DNA from: an uncultured Rhodothermaceae bacterium
Lineage (GTDB): Bacteria; Bacteroidota; Rhodothermia; Rhodothermales; Bin80
NCBI GenBank assembly: GCA_964503085.1
Contig: CAZCYQ010000009.1
Coordinates: 4,825 to 68,824 of the forward strand
Length of the DNA stretch: 64,000 bases
Reading direction: 5' to 3'
Shown here: piece by piece, positions 1 to 9,920 of the stretch
Position numbering within the stretch: position 1 is the stretch's first letter
Layout: the number at the start of each line of letters is the position of its first letter
Position numbers and translations under genes: made by a program
The notes under the pieces: generated by a model
Seen by the model: the letters and a program-made list of their open reading frames with translations, nothing else
What the model was told of the DNA's origin: nothing
Database searches by the model: none

Positions 1-225
1 TTCACCCGTCGATTCCTGAGGTGGGCTGAGGAAGTGGTTTTGGACAAAAAGGGTCGTATCGCGCTTCAAAAACCGCTGATTGAGTACGCCGGGATAAGCC
101 AGACCGCATTGATTCTAGGAAGCCAGAGACATATCGAATTCTGGAATCCTCAAAAGTTTGACGAATACTTGGCAGCTGAGGAAGCAGACTACGAAACGCT
201 TGCGACGCAAGTGATGGGAAGGTAG
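1..225 (+). CDS. mraZ: Transcriptional regulator MraZ, C-terminal part (5' end lies outside the window)
   Basis: Frame 1 is open from base 1. The translation FTRRFLRWAEEVVLDKKGRIALQKPLIEYAGI...HIEFWNPQKF resembles the second SpoVT/AbrB-like half of MraZ. It sits directly upstream of rsmH at the head of the dcw cluster. Confidence 0.8.
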   Translation, partial: FTRRFLRWAEEVVLDKKGRIALQKPLIEYAGISQTALILGSQRHIEFWNPQKFDEYLAAEEADYETLATQVMGR

Positions 226-1179
226 ATGCTGACGGTAAAAGGGCCGTACGCGACCGCCTATCACGCACCTGTTCTCTATCATACTGTACTGGAATATCTG
301 ATAACGGATACGAGCGGCGTGTATGTTGACGCGACTGCAGGAGGAGGCGGGCACGTTGACGCCATCCTTTCCGCACTTTCGCCCAATGGATGCGTGATTG
401 CAGTTGATCGGGATGCCGATGCGGTGCATGCCGTGAAAAAGCGACTGCCCGAAGCCATTGACTCAAAGCAGCTGATGGTGTATCAAAGCGCTTTCAGTAA
501 TCTGGAAGCCCTTGTGCGGGGGTATGCGCCTATCAAGGGGCTGCTGCTTGACTTGGGAGTCTCTTCATACCAGTTAGATCACGGCCCAAGAGGCTTCAGC
601 CATCGCCAGACAGCTCCCCTGGACATGCGAATGGATGCGGAATCGCAAACAACTGCAGCCAATATCGTGAATGAATTTACGGAGGACGCATTGCGCAAGG
701 TCCTCCACCGCTGGGGGGAGGAACCTCATGCACGGCGAATAGCCCAACGGATTGTGGCCTGTCGACCGATAGAAACCACAACCGAATTGGCAACAGCTGT
801 GCGCAGCGCAGTCCCTCTGCGGTGGGAATCACGGTCAGTAGCCCGCACCTTTCAGGCTCTGCGTATCGCTGTGAATGATGAATTGGATGAGCTGGCACAG
901 GTTCTGGAAGCCAGCGCACGGATCGTGACCGAAGGCGGACGCCTGGTTGTGATCAGCTATCACTCACTGGAGGATCGTATGGTAAAACGCATACTGAGGG
1001 ACGGTGTCCTGACGGGCGAGGCCGAACGGGATATTTACGGAGTGAAGCTTGTGCCTTGGCAGCCGCTCACGCGCCGACCCGTGATGCCAGACCCTGCAGA
1101 AGTTGCGACTAATCGCCGCTCGCGGAGTGCAAAACTGCGTGCCGGTGTCCGTTGTGCAATTCCAGTCAGCGATAGATAA
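226..1179 (+). CDS. rsmH: 16S rRNA (cytosine1402-N4)-methyltransferase RsmH/MraW
   Basis: 317 aa. It has the SAM-binding 'DATAGGGGH' motif plus 'ISYHSLEDR' and the C-terminal 'NRRSRSAKLR' signature. The ATG follows the mraZ stop immediately. Confidence 0.95.
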   Translation: MLTVKGPYATAYHAPVLYHTVLEYLITDTSGVYVDATAGGGGHVDAILSALSPNGCVIAVDRDADAVHAVKKRLPEAIDSKQLMVYQSAFSNLEALVRGYAPIKGLLLDLGVSSYQLDHGPRGFSHRQTAPLDMRMDAESQTTAANIVNEFTEDALRKVLHRWGEEPHARRIAQRIVACRPIETTTELATAVRSAVPLRWESRSVARTFQALRIAVNDELDELAQVLEASARIVTEGGRLVVISYHSLEDRMVKRILRDGVLTGEAERDIYGVKLVPWQPLTRRPVMPDPAEVATNRRSRSAKLRAGVRCAIPVSDR

Positions 1180-1185
1180 AGTTTT

Positions 1186-1632
1186 GTGATGACAAATTAT
1201 CGCGATTTTAGTAGCCCAGGTCCCCGCGACCGGACCCCGCGCACTCGGCGTGCAGTGGACAGAGCTATGCGTACGGTCCGCGGCTGGCAGGAGCTAACGG
1301 TCATTGACGAGATCTCTCCGAAGCCGAGGGTTCTAGCGCGTATATCAACCCTGCGCTTCAGCCTGGTGGTCTTTGCAATTGCAGCCGCCTTCACGATCTA
1401 TATCGGGCACGTTTATCAGTCGCAGGATCTGCTGGATGAAATGAATCTCCAGCGCCAGGAAAATGTCCGGCTCCACCTGCAGCATAACCGAATCCTGGCG
1501 GAATATAACGCCGCTACGGGTCCCTCCGTCATTTACCGGCGTGCACAGACTCTCGGGCTTCAGGACAAACCTGAATATGAGTATGTGGGAGCTACTCCCG
1601 CGGACACCTTAGCTGACCATCCTCAACAATGA
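1186..1632 (+). CDS. ftsL: FtsL-like cell division membrane protein
   Basis: 148 aa. It has an Arg-rich cytoplasmic N-terminus, one TM helix (LRFSLVVFAIAAAFTIYIG) and then a coiled-coil-like QSQDLLDEMNLQRQENVRLHLQ. It occupies the FtsL position, with an ATGA overlap onto ftsI. The call is positional; sequence conservation is weak. Confidence 0.6.
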   Translation: MMTNYRDFSSPGPRDRTPRTRRAVDRAMRTVRGWQELTVIDEISPKPRVLARISTLRFSLVVFAIAAAFTIYIGHVYQSQDLLDEMNLQRQENVRLHLQHNRILAEYNAATGPSVIYRRAQTLGLQDKPEYEYVGATPADTLADHPQQ

Positions 1633-3671
1633 ACGTCAGAGACCAGATACTCGGTCGAATGTACGTTGTACTGACAGGTCTGGCAGTACTTGCGTTCATC
1701 ATTCTTGGGCAGCTGGTCTGGCTGCAGGTCGACCAAGGCGAAGATCTGCGTGAAGCAGGACTGCGTCAGGCTCAGTCTCAAGAGCTGTTGCCCCCCAAAC
1801 GGGGAGACATTGTGGACGCCGCCGAGCGTGCACTGGTCGTGAATTCACCAAAATATGATCTTGCACTGGATCCTACGGTGCCTGGGTTTGAAGCACAGAA
1901 GGATGACTTTCTTCGGCGGCTGGCGGAATTAACCGGAACGTCAGGGACGCAACTGCACCGGCGAATTGATCGCCGAACAAGCAAGCAGTTTGTAAGATTG
2001 GTCAACCTGACACCTGAGCAGCGCACAGAGATAGCTTCTTGGAATGTACCCGGAGTTTTACTGGAGGAGCGATTCCAGCGTCGGTATGTCTATGGTAAAA
2101 CCGCCGCCCATGTACTAGGGCATGTTGATGTTGACGGGATTGGCAGAGCGGGACTGGAACTGGAGTACGATCAATACCTGCAGGGAACGCCGGGGAGGCG
2201 CACGCTCCTTCGTGACCGCCGGGGATACCGCCGGGTTGATGCAGCCAGCATAGATATCCCGCCTAAAGACGGACAAATGCTGGTGCTCACGGTTGATCTC
2301 ATCCGGCAAACCATTATGGAGGAGGAGCTGGCTGCTGGCGTGGTGGAGGCACGCGCCAAACGCGGAAGTGCGATCGCGGTTGACCCTCATACTGGGGCGA
2401 TTCTTGCCATGGCCAATGTCCCCACCTTTGACCCGAATGTTCCGCTGAATGCCCCGGTATATGCCTGGCGTAACAGCGCCGTAACTGACCGCCTGGAGCC
2501 CGGGTCATCCTTCAAACTGATCGGCGCCTCCGCGGCCCTGGAGACAGGAATTACCTCAATGGATCGCCTCGTAGATACCGGCGACGGTGAACTCGTACTT
2601 GTGGGACGCACGCTGAACGATACGCACAGCCACGGAGAAATCTCCTTTAGTGAGGTGATCTCACTAAGCAGCAATGTTGGGATGGCGCTCACAGCTCAAC
2701 AAATGTCGGAAGATCAGCTGTACCGGTATGCGCGCAATTACGGGTTTGGACAAAAAACCTGGATAGATCTTCCGGGAGAGGTCGCAGGCTTGCTCAAACG
2801 AGTCAACCGGTGGAGTAGAACTACGAAAGTTTCCCTCATTATTGGCTACGAAATAGACGTAACGCCATTGCAGATGGTGATGGCGTACGCGGCGCTAGCC
2901 AACGGCGGTCTACTGCGTCAACCATATGTGGTGTCTGAGCGACGCGATGTGACCGGAGAAGAAGTGCTCTGGCGTGCATCAGACGATCCGGCTAGGAAAG
3001 ACTCCATACGGCGCGTACTTGAGCCGGAAACGGTGCGGACTCTGTTGCCGGCCCTTATTAATGTGGTCCAAGAAGGAACCGCACAGCAAGCACAGACAGA
3101 AGAATTCACCATTGCCGGAAAGACGGGAACCGCACGTAAAGTGATCAACGGACGATACAGCAACCGTTACAGAGCAACATTCGTCGGATTTTACCCAGCG
3201 GAGGATCCACAGGTGGCAATGATTGTGGTTCTGGATGAACCTAGGACGAGTATTTATGGCGGACAGGTGGCTGCGCCCGTATTCAAGCGGATAGCCGAGC
3301 GCTGGATAGCAACATTTGCAACCCCAACCCTCCCGGCTCCCGCCGCCGATCCTCCCCGCCCGCTCAACAAACTGGTACAGCAGGCATTGGCGCAACAGAG
3401 CACCTCAAAGCGCTCGCACGCACCCACACGTTTGGTATCTGAACGTGCACAGACCGTGAGAACCAAGGACGACGGACCGATGCCTTCAACTTCATTGATC
3501 CGCCCCTCAGACATTATGCCCGATGTAATTGGCCTGGATGCAAGAACTGCATGGTTCCGCTTGGCTGCGAATGGATTTCGCGTGCAGTTGAGCGGACAGG
3601 GACGCGTCGTAGCGCAATCTCCTGAACCGGGAGCCCGGGTTGACACAAAGGTGGTACTCCAATTGCAATAG
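1629..3671 (+). CDS. ftsI: Penicillin-binding protein / peptidoglycan D,D-transpeptidase FtsI with a C-terminal PASTA-like module
   Basis: 680 aa with an N-terminal TM anchor. Transpeptidase motifs are present: SxxK (GSSFK), SxN (LSSN) and KTG (GKTGT). The dcw position fits. Confidence 0.9.
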   Translation: MNVRDQILGRMYVVLTGLAVLAFIILGQLVWLQVDQGEDLREAGLRQAQSQELLPPKRGDIVDAAERALVVNSPKYDLALDPTVPGFEAQKDDFLRRLAELTGTSGTQLHRRIDRRTSKQFVRLVNLTPEQRTEIASWNVPGVLLEERFQRRYVYGKTAAHVLGHVDVDGIGRAGLELEYDQYLQGTPGRRTLLRDRRGYRRVDAASIDIPPKDGQMLVLTVDLIRQTIMEEELAAGVVEARAKRGSAIAVDPHTGAILAMANVPTFDPNVPLNAPVYAWRNSAVTDRLEPGSSFKLIGASAALETGITSMDRLVDTGDGELVLVGRTLNDTHSHGEISFSEVISLSSNVGMALTAQQMSEDQLYRYARNYGFGQKTWIDLPGEVAGLLKRVNRWSRTTKVSLIIGYEIDVTPLQMVMAYAALANGGLLRQPYVVSERRDVTGEEVLWRASDDPARKDSIRRVLEPETVRTLLPALINVVQEGTAQQAQTEEFTIAGKTGTARKVINGRYSNRYRATFVGFYPAEDPQVAMIVVLDEPRTSIYGGQVAAPVFKRIAERWIATFATPTLPAPAADPPRPLNKLVQQALAQQSTSKRSHAPTRLVSERAQTVRTKDDGPMPSTSLIRPSDIMPDVIGLDARTAWFRLAANGFRVQLSGQGRVVAQSPEPGARVDTKVVLQLQ

Positions 3672-3672
3672 T

Positions 3673-5145
3673 ATGAACTGGTCTGATCTACATATCCGAT
3701 TGACCAGAGCGGGGCTTTCTGCCGACGCTACCGCGCATATGCCGGAAATAGCTGTCGCCGGGGTCACGCAGGATAGCCGCAAGGTGCGGCCAGGATACGT
3801 CTTTGTAGCTGTGCGGGGACACCGGGCTGACGGACATACTTACATCCGGCACGCACTGGAGGCGGGGGCCCGGGTCATAGTTTGTGAAGAGTCCCCGGAG
3901 GAAGTCTCCAACGCTGTGAGGGTGCGGGATACGCGAAAAGCTGCCGCTGTGATAGCGGCGGCTTTTTATGGAGACCCAGCCCGTTCTCTGCAACTGACAG
4001 GGGTAACCGGTACAAATGGAAAAACTACTACAAGCACGCTCATACGGCATGTCATGGAGCATACCGGCACGCCCACCGGTCTGGTAGGGACCGTAACCTG
4101 CTTGACCGGACATACCACATATACATCTACGCTCACGACCCCGGACGCTACCGATCTTCAGCCGATGCTGGCACAGATGGTGGATTCCGGCTGCAAAGCG
4201 TGTGTGATTGAGGTGTCATCGCACGCCCTGGACCAATGCCGCACTGCCACACTGGATTTCTCGGTTGGCGTGTTCACCAATCTGATGCACGACCATCTCG
4301 ATTACCATGGTACTATGGAGCGGTATTTAGCCGCGAAGAAACGTCTGTTTGACGGTCTGGACGCCAGCGCTGTGGCGATCTACAATCAGGACGATGCCGC
4401 GGGAGAGCGTGTGGTCCAGAATACACGGGCTACCCGTTGCTCATTCGGCCAAGACCCGAATTCGGATATTCAATTCAGCGTCGTACAGGATACTCCGAGT
4501 GGACTAAGACTGCGCCTGGATGGCCAAACCAGTTCATTTCGCTTGGCAGGTCACTTTAATGCTTACAATCTGGCGGCTGCGTACGGTGCAGCCCGGGCCA
4601 CTGGAATTTCCGGAACAGACGTCATTGAAGCGCTGGCAGAAGCTCCACCGGTTGACGGACGGTTTGAGCAATATCTGTGTGATGATGATACGCGCGTTAT
4701 CATTGATTTCGCACACACCCCCGATGCTCTGGAAAAGGCACTGCAGGCTGCCCGGCATACCCGTGAAAGACCTACTCGTTTGTGGTGTGTATTCGGGTGC
4801 GGGGGCAATCGGGATCAGGTCAAGCGCCCTCTGATGGGAGCCGTTGCCGAACGGCTGGCAGACCGGGTTGTCGTCACCAATGATAATCCCCGGGATGAGT
4901 CCCCCCAGGCAATAGCCGAGGCAATCCTCTCCGGCATGCTGCACCCGGATCAGGTACGGGTGATCCCTTCCAGGCCCGAAGCAATACGCTACGTAGCGCA
5001 AACTTGCAAGGCCGGGGATCTTGTGCTCATCGCCGGTAAAGGTCATGAATCAGTACAGACCGAAAAGGGTGTCCAGATCAGGATGAGAGATCAAAACCTG
5101 GTCCAGGAGGCTTTCGCCCCACGGAATCCACAACCAGCCTTCTGA
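3673..5145 (+). CDS. murE: UDP-N-acetylmuramoyl-L-alanyl-D-glutamate--2,6-diaminopimelate ligase
   Basis: Mur ligase P-loop 'GVTGTNGKTTT' and a 'TNDNPRDE' (DNPR) motif. I prefer the ATG at 3673 (MNWSDL...), one base after the ftsI stop, over the longer ORF from 3640 that overlaps ftsI. Confidence 0.9.
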   Translation: MNWSDLHIRLTRAGLSADATAHMPEIAVAGVTQDSRKVRPGYVFVAVRGHRADGHTYIRHALEAGARVIVCEESPEEVSNAVRVRDTRKAAAVIAAAFYGDPARSLQLTGVTGTNGKTTTSTLIRHVMEHTGTPTGLVGTVTCLTGHTTYTSTLTTPDATDLQPMLAQMVDSGCKACVIEVSSHALDQCRTATLDFSVGVFTNLMHDHLDYHGTMERYLAAKKRLFDGLDASAVAIYNQDDAAGERVVQNTRATRCSFGQDPNSDIQFSVVQDTPSGLRLRLDGQTSSFRLAGHFNAYNLAAAYGAARATGISGTDVIEALAEAPPVDGRFEQYLCDDDTRVIIDFAHTPDALEKALQAARHTRERPTRLWCVFGCGGNRDQVKRPLMGAVAERLADRVVVTNDNPRDESPQAIAEAILSGMLHPDQVRVIPSRPEAIRYVAQTCKAGDLVLIAGKGHESVQTEKGVQIRMRDQNLVQEAFAPRNPQPAF

Positions 5146-5149
5146 AGCT

Positions 5150-6310
5150 ATGCTCTACTTCATACTGCAGTGGCTGGAGACGGCATTTAGTCCGCCGGGG
5201 TTTCAGGTGGTTGAGTTCATCACTGTGCGGGCAACGCTCGCGGCGATTACCGCCTTCATCATCGCAATGGTGATCGGACCTCGCGTGATAGACTGGCTCA
5301 AACGCAAACAACTTGGTGAAGAAGTGCGCAAGGAGCTGAACCCCAGCCTGGTGGATCATTCGCATAAGACCGGAACCCCGACGATGGGAGGGATCATCAT
5401 TATCAGTGCAATCGTGATTTCTACCCTGTTGTGGGGGGATCTGCGTGAGATCTACGTCTGGCTAATCGTGATTGCTATCCTCTGGATGGGTGCATTCGGG
5501 TTCGCAGATGACTATGTGAAAACGGTTCGCAAGGATAAAAAGGGGCTGGCTCCACGCATGAAAATAACCGGGCAGGTAGGGCTCGGGCTGCTTATAGGAA
5601 GCGTGATGTACTTCCATCCACAATTTGCAGAAACACGCGCTGTGACCGATCTGCCATTCTTCCAGAATTGGCATTTAGACTATAACGTGCTGGGAAATCT
5701 GTTTATGGAAGGGGCTGACCTGGGTTGGGTTCTGTTTATTCCAATGAGCGTTTTTGTGATCACTGCGACCTCGAATGCCGTAAATCTGACGGATGGCCTG
5801 GACGGCCTTGCTGCCGGGGTCACCGCAATCGTGGCACTGGGGCTTGTTGTGTTGTGTTACGTAGCCGGGCATGCAGGATTTTCTTCTTACCTGGGGGTAA
5901 CGCACTTGGATGGCGCAGGCGAGTTGACCGTATTCGTATCTGCCATGGCCACTGCATGTCTCGGGTTTTTGTGGTTTAACAGTTACCCGGCAACAGTCTT
6001 CATGGGAGATACCGGGGCACTCGCTCTGGGAGCAGCAATCGCGGTTCTGTCCCTTATGGTCAAGAAGGAGTTGTTGTTGCCACTTTTGTGTGCCGTCTTC
6101 TTCATGGAAACGGTATCGGTCATTATGCAGACCAGCTATTTCCGCTATACCCGACGAAAGACCGGCACGGGTCAGCGGATATTTCTTATAGCTCCCCTCC
6201 ACCATCACTATGAAGGACAGGGGATGCATGAGGCCAAGATCGTCACCCGTTTCTGGCTGGTCACTGTGATCACGGTACTGGCTACTGTGCTTTCTCTCCG
6301 AATCCGATAA
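5150..6310 (+). CDS. mraY: Phospho-N-acetylmuramoyl-pentapeptide transferase
   Basis: 386 aa, polytopic membrane protein, with the 'NAVNLTDGLDGLA' and 'MGDTGALALG' motifs. Confidence 0.95.
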   Translation: MLYFILQWLETAFSPPGFQVVEFITVRATLAAITAFIIAMVIGPRVIDWLKRKQLGEEVRKELNPSLVDHSHKTGTPTMGGIIIISAIVISTLLWGDLREIYVWLIVIAILWMGAFGFADDYVKTVRKDKKGLAPRMKITGQVGLGLLIGSVMYFHPQFAETRAVTDLPFFQNWHLDYNVLGNLFMEGADLGWVLFIPMSVFVITATSNAVNLTDGLDGLAAGVTAIVALGLVVLCYVAGHAGFSSYLGVTHLDGAGELTVFVSAMATACLGFLWFNSYPATVFMGDTGALALGAAIAVLSLMVKKELLLPLLCAVFFMETVSVIMQTSYFRYTRRKTGTGQRIFLIAPLHHHYEGQGMHEAKIVTRFWLVTVITVLATVLSLRIR

Positions 6311-7662
6311 TGCAAGAGCAAACAGTCAAGGGTAAACGAGTAACTGTTTTGGGAGCTGCCCGGAGCGGATTGGCTGTAACCAAATTCTTGGTGGAGGCCG
6401 GCGCCCGCGTAATGCTCTCAGACAGCGGTCCTATAGATCCTGTAACCGTGACTTGGTGCGAAGAGCACGGCGTCACTGTGGAAGCCAACGGACATACCAA
6501 GGCTACATTATCGGCAGACTTTCTCGTTGTGAGCCCAGGTGTGCCAAGTACCGCGCCGCCGGTTCAGGAAGCGCTAATACTGGGACTCCCGGTTTATTCT
6601 GAGCTGGAGATAGCATCCCGGTACGCCAAAGGACAGATCATCGCCATCACCGGAACCAATGGGAAGACAACCACAACCTCGCTCATTGGCCACATGATGA
6701 AGACAGCTGATCGGCAGGTGGTTGTTGCCGGCAATATTGGCAGCCCGCTCTCAGATCATCTCAAAGAGTTGCGGCGGGATACCGTTGTGGTATTAGAGGT
6801 GTCCAGTTTCCAACTGGATCACACTGATACGTTTTGCCCAAATGTAAGCGTAGTATTGAACATTACGCCCGATCACCTGGATCGATATGGCGGCAGCTTC
6901 GAGCGCTACGCCGAAAGTAAACTGCGTATCTACGAGAACCAGTCGACCGGCGATGTGGTGGTTTACAATTACGATGACACGCTCGTGCGTGAGCGTGTGG
7001 AGCATTTTGTGACAACCTCTGACGTGCGGGGACTGCCATTCAGCAGACAGGCTCATCTATCTAACGGCGCCAGTGCAGTTGAAGGCTTGATCCGGCTGCA
7101 GGAAAGAACACTTCTGCGGACGGACGAACTGGGAATACCTGGACCGCACAATGTTGGTAATTCACTGGCAGCAGCTCTCGCAGGCCAGGCTGCCGGACTT
7201 TCAGACGACGTGCTGCGAGAAAGTCTGCGAGGATTCGCCGGTGTCGATCACCGGCTGGAGACTGTGCGCCGTGTTGAGGGAGTCACCTATGTGAATGATT
7301 CCAAAGCGACCAACGTGAACGCGCTCTGGTATGCGCTGCACAGCTTCAAAGCACCGATCATATTGTTGGTCGGGGGCCGGGATAAGGGCAACGATTATGA
7401 AATACTCAAGCCCCTCATTGCCAGCAAAGTACCGACCCTGATCGCATTTGGCGAAAGCGCCCCCAAGGTCATGAAGGAGCTGGGACCGTGCAGCAAACAT
7501 GCAGTGGCGGTGAACACGCTGGATGAAGCGACGCTGGCGGCGCGCGATTGTGCCCAGGCTGGTGATGTCGTACTCCTGAGTCCGGCATGTTCCTCTTTTG
7601 ACCTCTTCAGCAATTACGAGGAGCGAGGCACGAGATTTAAATGCATTGTGGAGGGTTTCTAG
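6310..7662 (+). CDS. murD: UDP-N-acetylmuramoylalanine--D-glutamate ligase
   Basis: 450 aa, with an N-terminal Rossmann 'VLGAARSGLA' and the Mur ligase P-loop 'ITGTNGKTTTT'. The dcw position fits. Confidence 0.93.
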   Translation: MQEQTVKGKRVTVLGAARSGLAVTKFLVEAGARVMLSDSGPIDPVTVTWCEEHGVTVEANGHTKATLSADFLVVSPGVPSTAPPVQEALILGLPVYSELEIASRYAKGQIIAITGTNGKTTTTSLIGHMMKTADRQVVVAGNIGSPLSDHLKELRRDTVVVLEVSSFQLDHTDTFCPNVSVVLNITPDHLDRYGGSFERYAESKLRIYENQSTGDVVVYNYDDTLVRERVEHFVTTSDVRGLPFSRQAHLSNGASAVEGLIRLQERTLLRTDELGIPGPHNVGNSLAAALAGQAAGLSDDVLRESLRGFAGVDHRLETVRRVEGVTYVNDSKATNVNALWYALHSFKAPIILLVGGRDKGNDYEILKPLIASKVPTLIAFGESAPKVMKELGPCSKHAVAVNTLDEATLAARDCAQAGDVVLLSPACSSFDLFSNYEERGTRFKCIVEGF

Positions 7663-7665
7663 CGC

Positions 7666-8820
7666 ATGAACGGTTTCCTCAAAATATTCCCCCGACATTT
7701 GCGGTATCAGCATCCGCTGGACAAGTATATCCTGTGGATCGCGCTCGTGCTGTCCGCAGTTGGAATCATGGCCGTGTACAGTGCTATTGCTTTCCTGGCT
7801 GAGGTCAAAGCGGGTGGGGATACCGAACTGTTTCTCGTACGTCATACGTTGCGCGTAGGGCTTGCACTGATCGCGTTGACCGTATTCAGCATGGTTGATT
7901 ACCACCATCTGGCACGCTGGTCCAGGTTTTTCTTGATCGGCTCCCTGCTGTTACTAGTGTTCGTACGGATATTTGGAGTGACGTATGGAGGGGCTACACG
8001 TGCATTCCACGTTGGCATGCTAAGTGTGCAGCCGTCGGACTTGGCCAAGATCTCGCTTATCCTGTATATCGCCGTACTGCTGGTACGCAAACAGACCTAC
8101 ATTCAGAGCTTCTCACGAACATTTCTGCCACTGTCATTGTGGATATTTGCCACGGTTGGTTTGATCGGTCTTGAGGATGTGTCAACCGCATTCCTCGTAT
8201 TGGTTTCGGTGATGCTGATGGCTTATGTGGGGCGTTTCAGTCTGCGCTACATTGGCAGTATGGGGATTTTTGCTGTCATCTGTGCAGCCTTGATGTTACT
8301 TGGCTCGCCGAACCGGGCGCAGCGGCTGGAGTCTTATATCGGTGTGCAGATTTTCCCACACTCACAAGAGGTAGAGACTTTCAGCGAACAGGCCGAGGGA
8401 TATCAGGCCCGGCAGGCACACATTGCGCTGGCTATGGGAGGACTGACTGGCCGCGGCCCCGGCAAGAGCGTGCAGCGCGATTTTCTCCCGGCCCCATACA
8501 ACGACTTTATTTTCGCCATCATTACAGAGGAATACGGACTGCTGGGTGGAGCTGCACTCCTGGCCTTGTTTGTAGTTCTGCTGTTTCGAGGGCTTTTGCG
8601 CATTGCCCGACACGCAACGGATCCACTTGGGCTCTTTATTGCCGTTGGCTGTACGGTAATCCTCACGCTGTATGGTTTCGTACATGCGGGAGTTGCTGTG
8701 GGACTGCTGCCGGTTACGGGACTTCCCCTCCCGCTGGTTTCTTATGGTGGCACCTCTATGATTTCGGCGGGAACGCTTCTGGGGATTCTTTTGAACATTT
8801 CGCGACAGATAGAGCGATGA
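7666..8820 (+). CDS. ftsW: SEDS-family peptidoglycan glycosyltransferase FtsW
   Basis: 384 aa, roughly 10 TM segments, with the C-terminal 'TGLPLPLVSYGGTS' SEDS signature. It lies between murD and murG. Confidence 0.9.
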   Translation: MNGFLKIFPRHLRYQHPLDKYILWIALVLSAVGIMAVYSAIAFLAEVKAGGDTELFLVRHTLRVGLALIALTVFSMVDYHHLARWSRFFLIGSLLLLVFVRIFGVTYGGATRAFHVGMLSVQPSDLAKISLILYIAVLLVRKQTYIQSFSRTFLPLSLWIFATVGLIGLEDVSTAFLVLVSVMLMAYVGRFSLRYIGSMGIFAVICAALMLLGSPNRAQRLESYIGVQIFPHSQEVETFSEQAEGYQARQAHIALAMGGLTGRGPGKSVQRDFLPAPYNDFIFAIITEEYGLLGGAALLALFVVLLFRGLLRIARHATDPLGLFIAVGCTVILTLYGFVHAGVAVGLLPVTGLPLPLVSYGGTSMISAGTLLGILLNISRQIER

Positions 8821-9920
8821 AAAGAACTCCACGCGTGTTATTTGCTGGCGGCGGCACAGGCGGTCACGTTTATCCTGCGATAGCTATCGCGCAGGCAATA
8901 CGCTCGCTGGTGCCGACGAGTGCAATTGCATTTGCGGGTACACGTGACCATCTGGAATGGCGCGCTGTACCGGAGGCGGGGTTTGAAATCCATCCAATCA
9001 CGATCAGTGGCTTTCATCGCAAACAGCCACTGCGCAATGTAAGCTTACCGCTAAAGCTGGCCGCAGGGCTATGGCAGAGCTACCAGTTAGTGAATGATTT
9101 TGATGCCGATGTCGCAGTCGGAACCGGAGGGTATGTATCGGGGCCGGTATTATGGGCTGCCGGAATGCGTGGACGGCCGATCGTTGCCCAAGAGCAGAAT
9201 GCGTATGCAGGGGTAACCAATCGAATTCTCGGACGCAGGGCCGCACAGGTTCACATCGCTTTCAAGGAGGCGGAGAACTGGTTTCCTGAGGGCCGCTGTA
9301 GAATCAGCGGGAATCCCGTGCGACGGGAGTTAACTGCCTCCACACGCGAAGCCAGCCGGAGGGCACTCAAATTGCCCAGAAATGCAAAAGTATTGTTCGT
9401 ATTCGGAGGTTCGCTGGGCAGTCAATCCATCAATGAGGCAATGGCCCAGGTTGCGGATAGAATTCTATCAGACCCGGATGTTCACATCATCTGGCAAACC
9501 GGAGTGCTTTACTACAACCGGATGCGAAAAAAAGAACGCCCAAGGCTCAGGGTCCTGCAGTATGTGGATCGAATGGATCTGGCATACGCAGCCTGCGACC
9601 TGGTTTTGGCACGGGCAGGTGCGCTAACATGCAGCGAGCTTTTGTGCACATCTACGCCTGCCATCCTCGTGCCGTCAGTCCATGTCGCGGAGGATCACCA
9701 GACAAAGAATGCTCGCAGCATGGAGCGAATGGGGGCGGCAGTATATATGCCGGAAGAGGAGCTGTTGAATGCACTGGTCACACGGGTTCCCGAACTCCTG
9801 GCTAGTCCCGAACAGAGATCAAAAATGGCTGCTGAAGCACGAAGAGCCGCTAAACCGGAAGCTGCCATGACTATCGCAAAAGATATTCTGGCACTCGTTG
9901 GATGGGAGGGACAGGCATGA
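8817..9920 (+). CDS. murG: UDP-GlcNAc:lipid I N-acetylglucosaminyltransferase MurG
   Basis: 367 aa, with N-terminal 'GGGTGGHVYPAIA' and 'FGGSLGS' motifs. It overlaps ftsW by 4 nt. Confidence 0.93.
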   Translation: MKRTPRVLFAGGGTGGHVYPAIAIAQAIRSLVPTSAIAFAGTRDHLEWRAVPEAGFEIHPITISGFHRKQPLRNVSLPLKLAAGLWQSYQLVNDFDADVAVGTGGYVSGPVLWAAGMRGRPIVAQEQNAYAGVTNRILGRRAAQVHIAFKEAENWFPEGRCRISGNPVRRELTASTREASRRALKLPRNAKVLFVFGGSLGSQSINEAMAQVADRILSDPDVHIIWQTGVLYYNRMRKKERPRLRVLQYVDRMDLAYAACDLVLARAGALTCSELLCTSTPAILVPSVHVAEDHQTKNARSMERMGAAVYMPEEELLNALVTRVPELLASPEQRSKMAAEARRAAKPEAAMTIAKDILALVGWEGQA

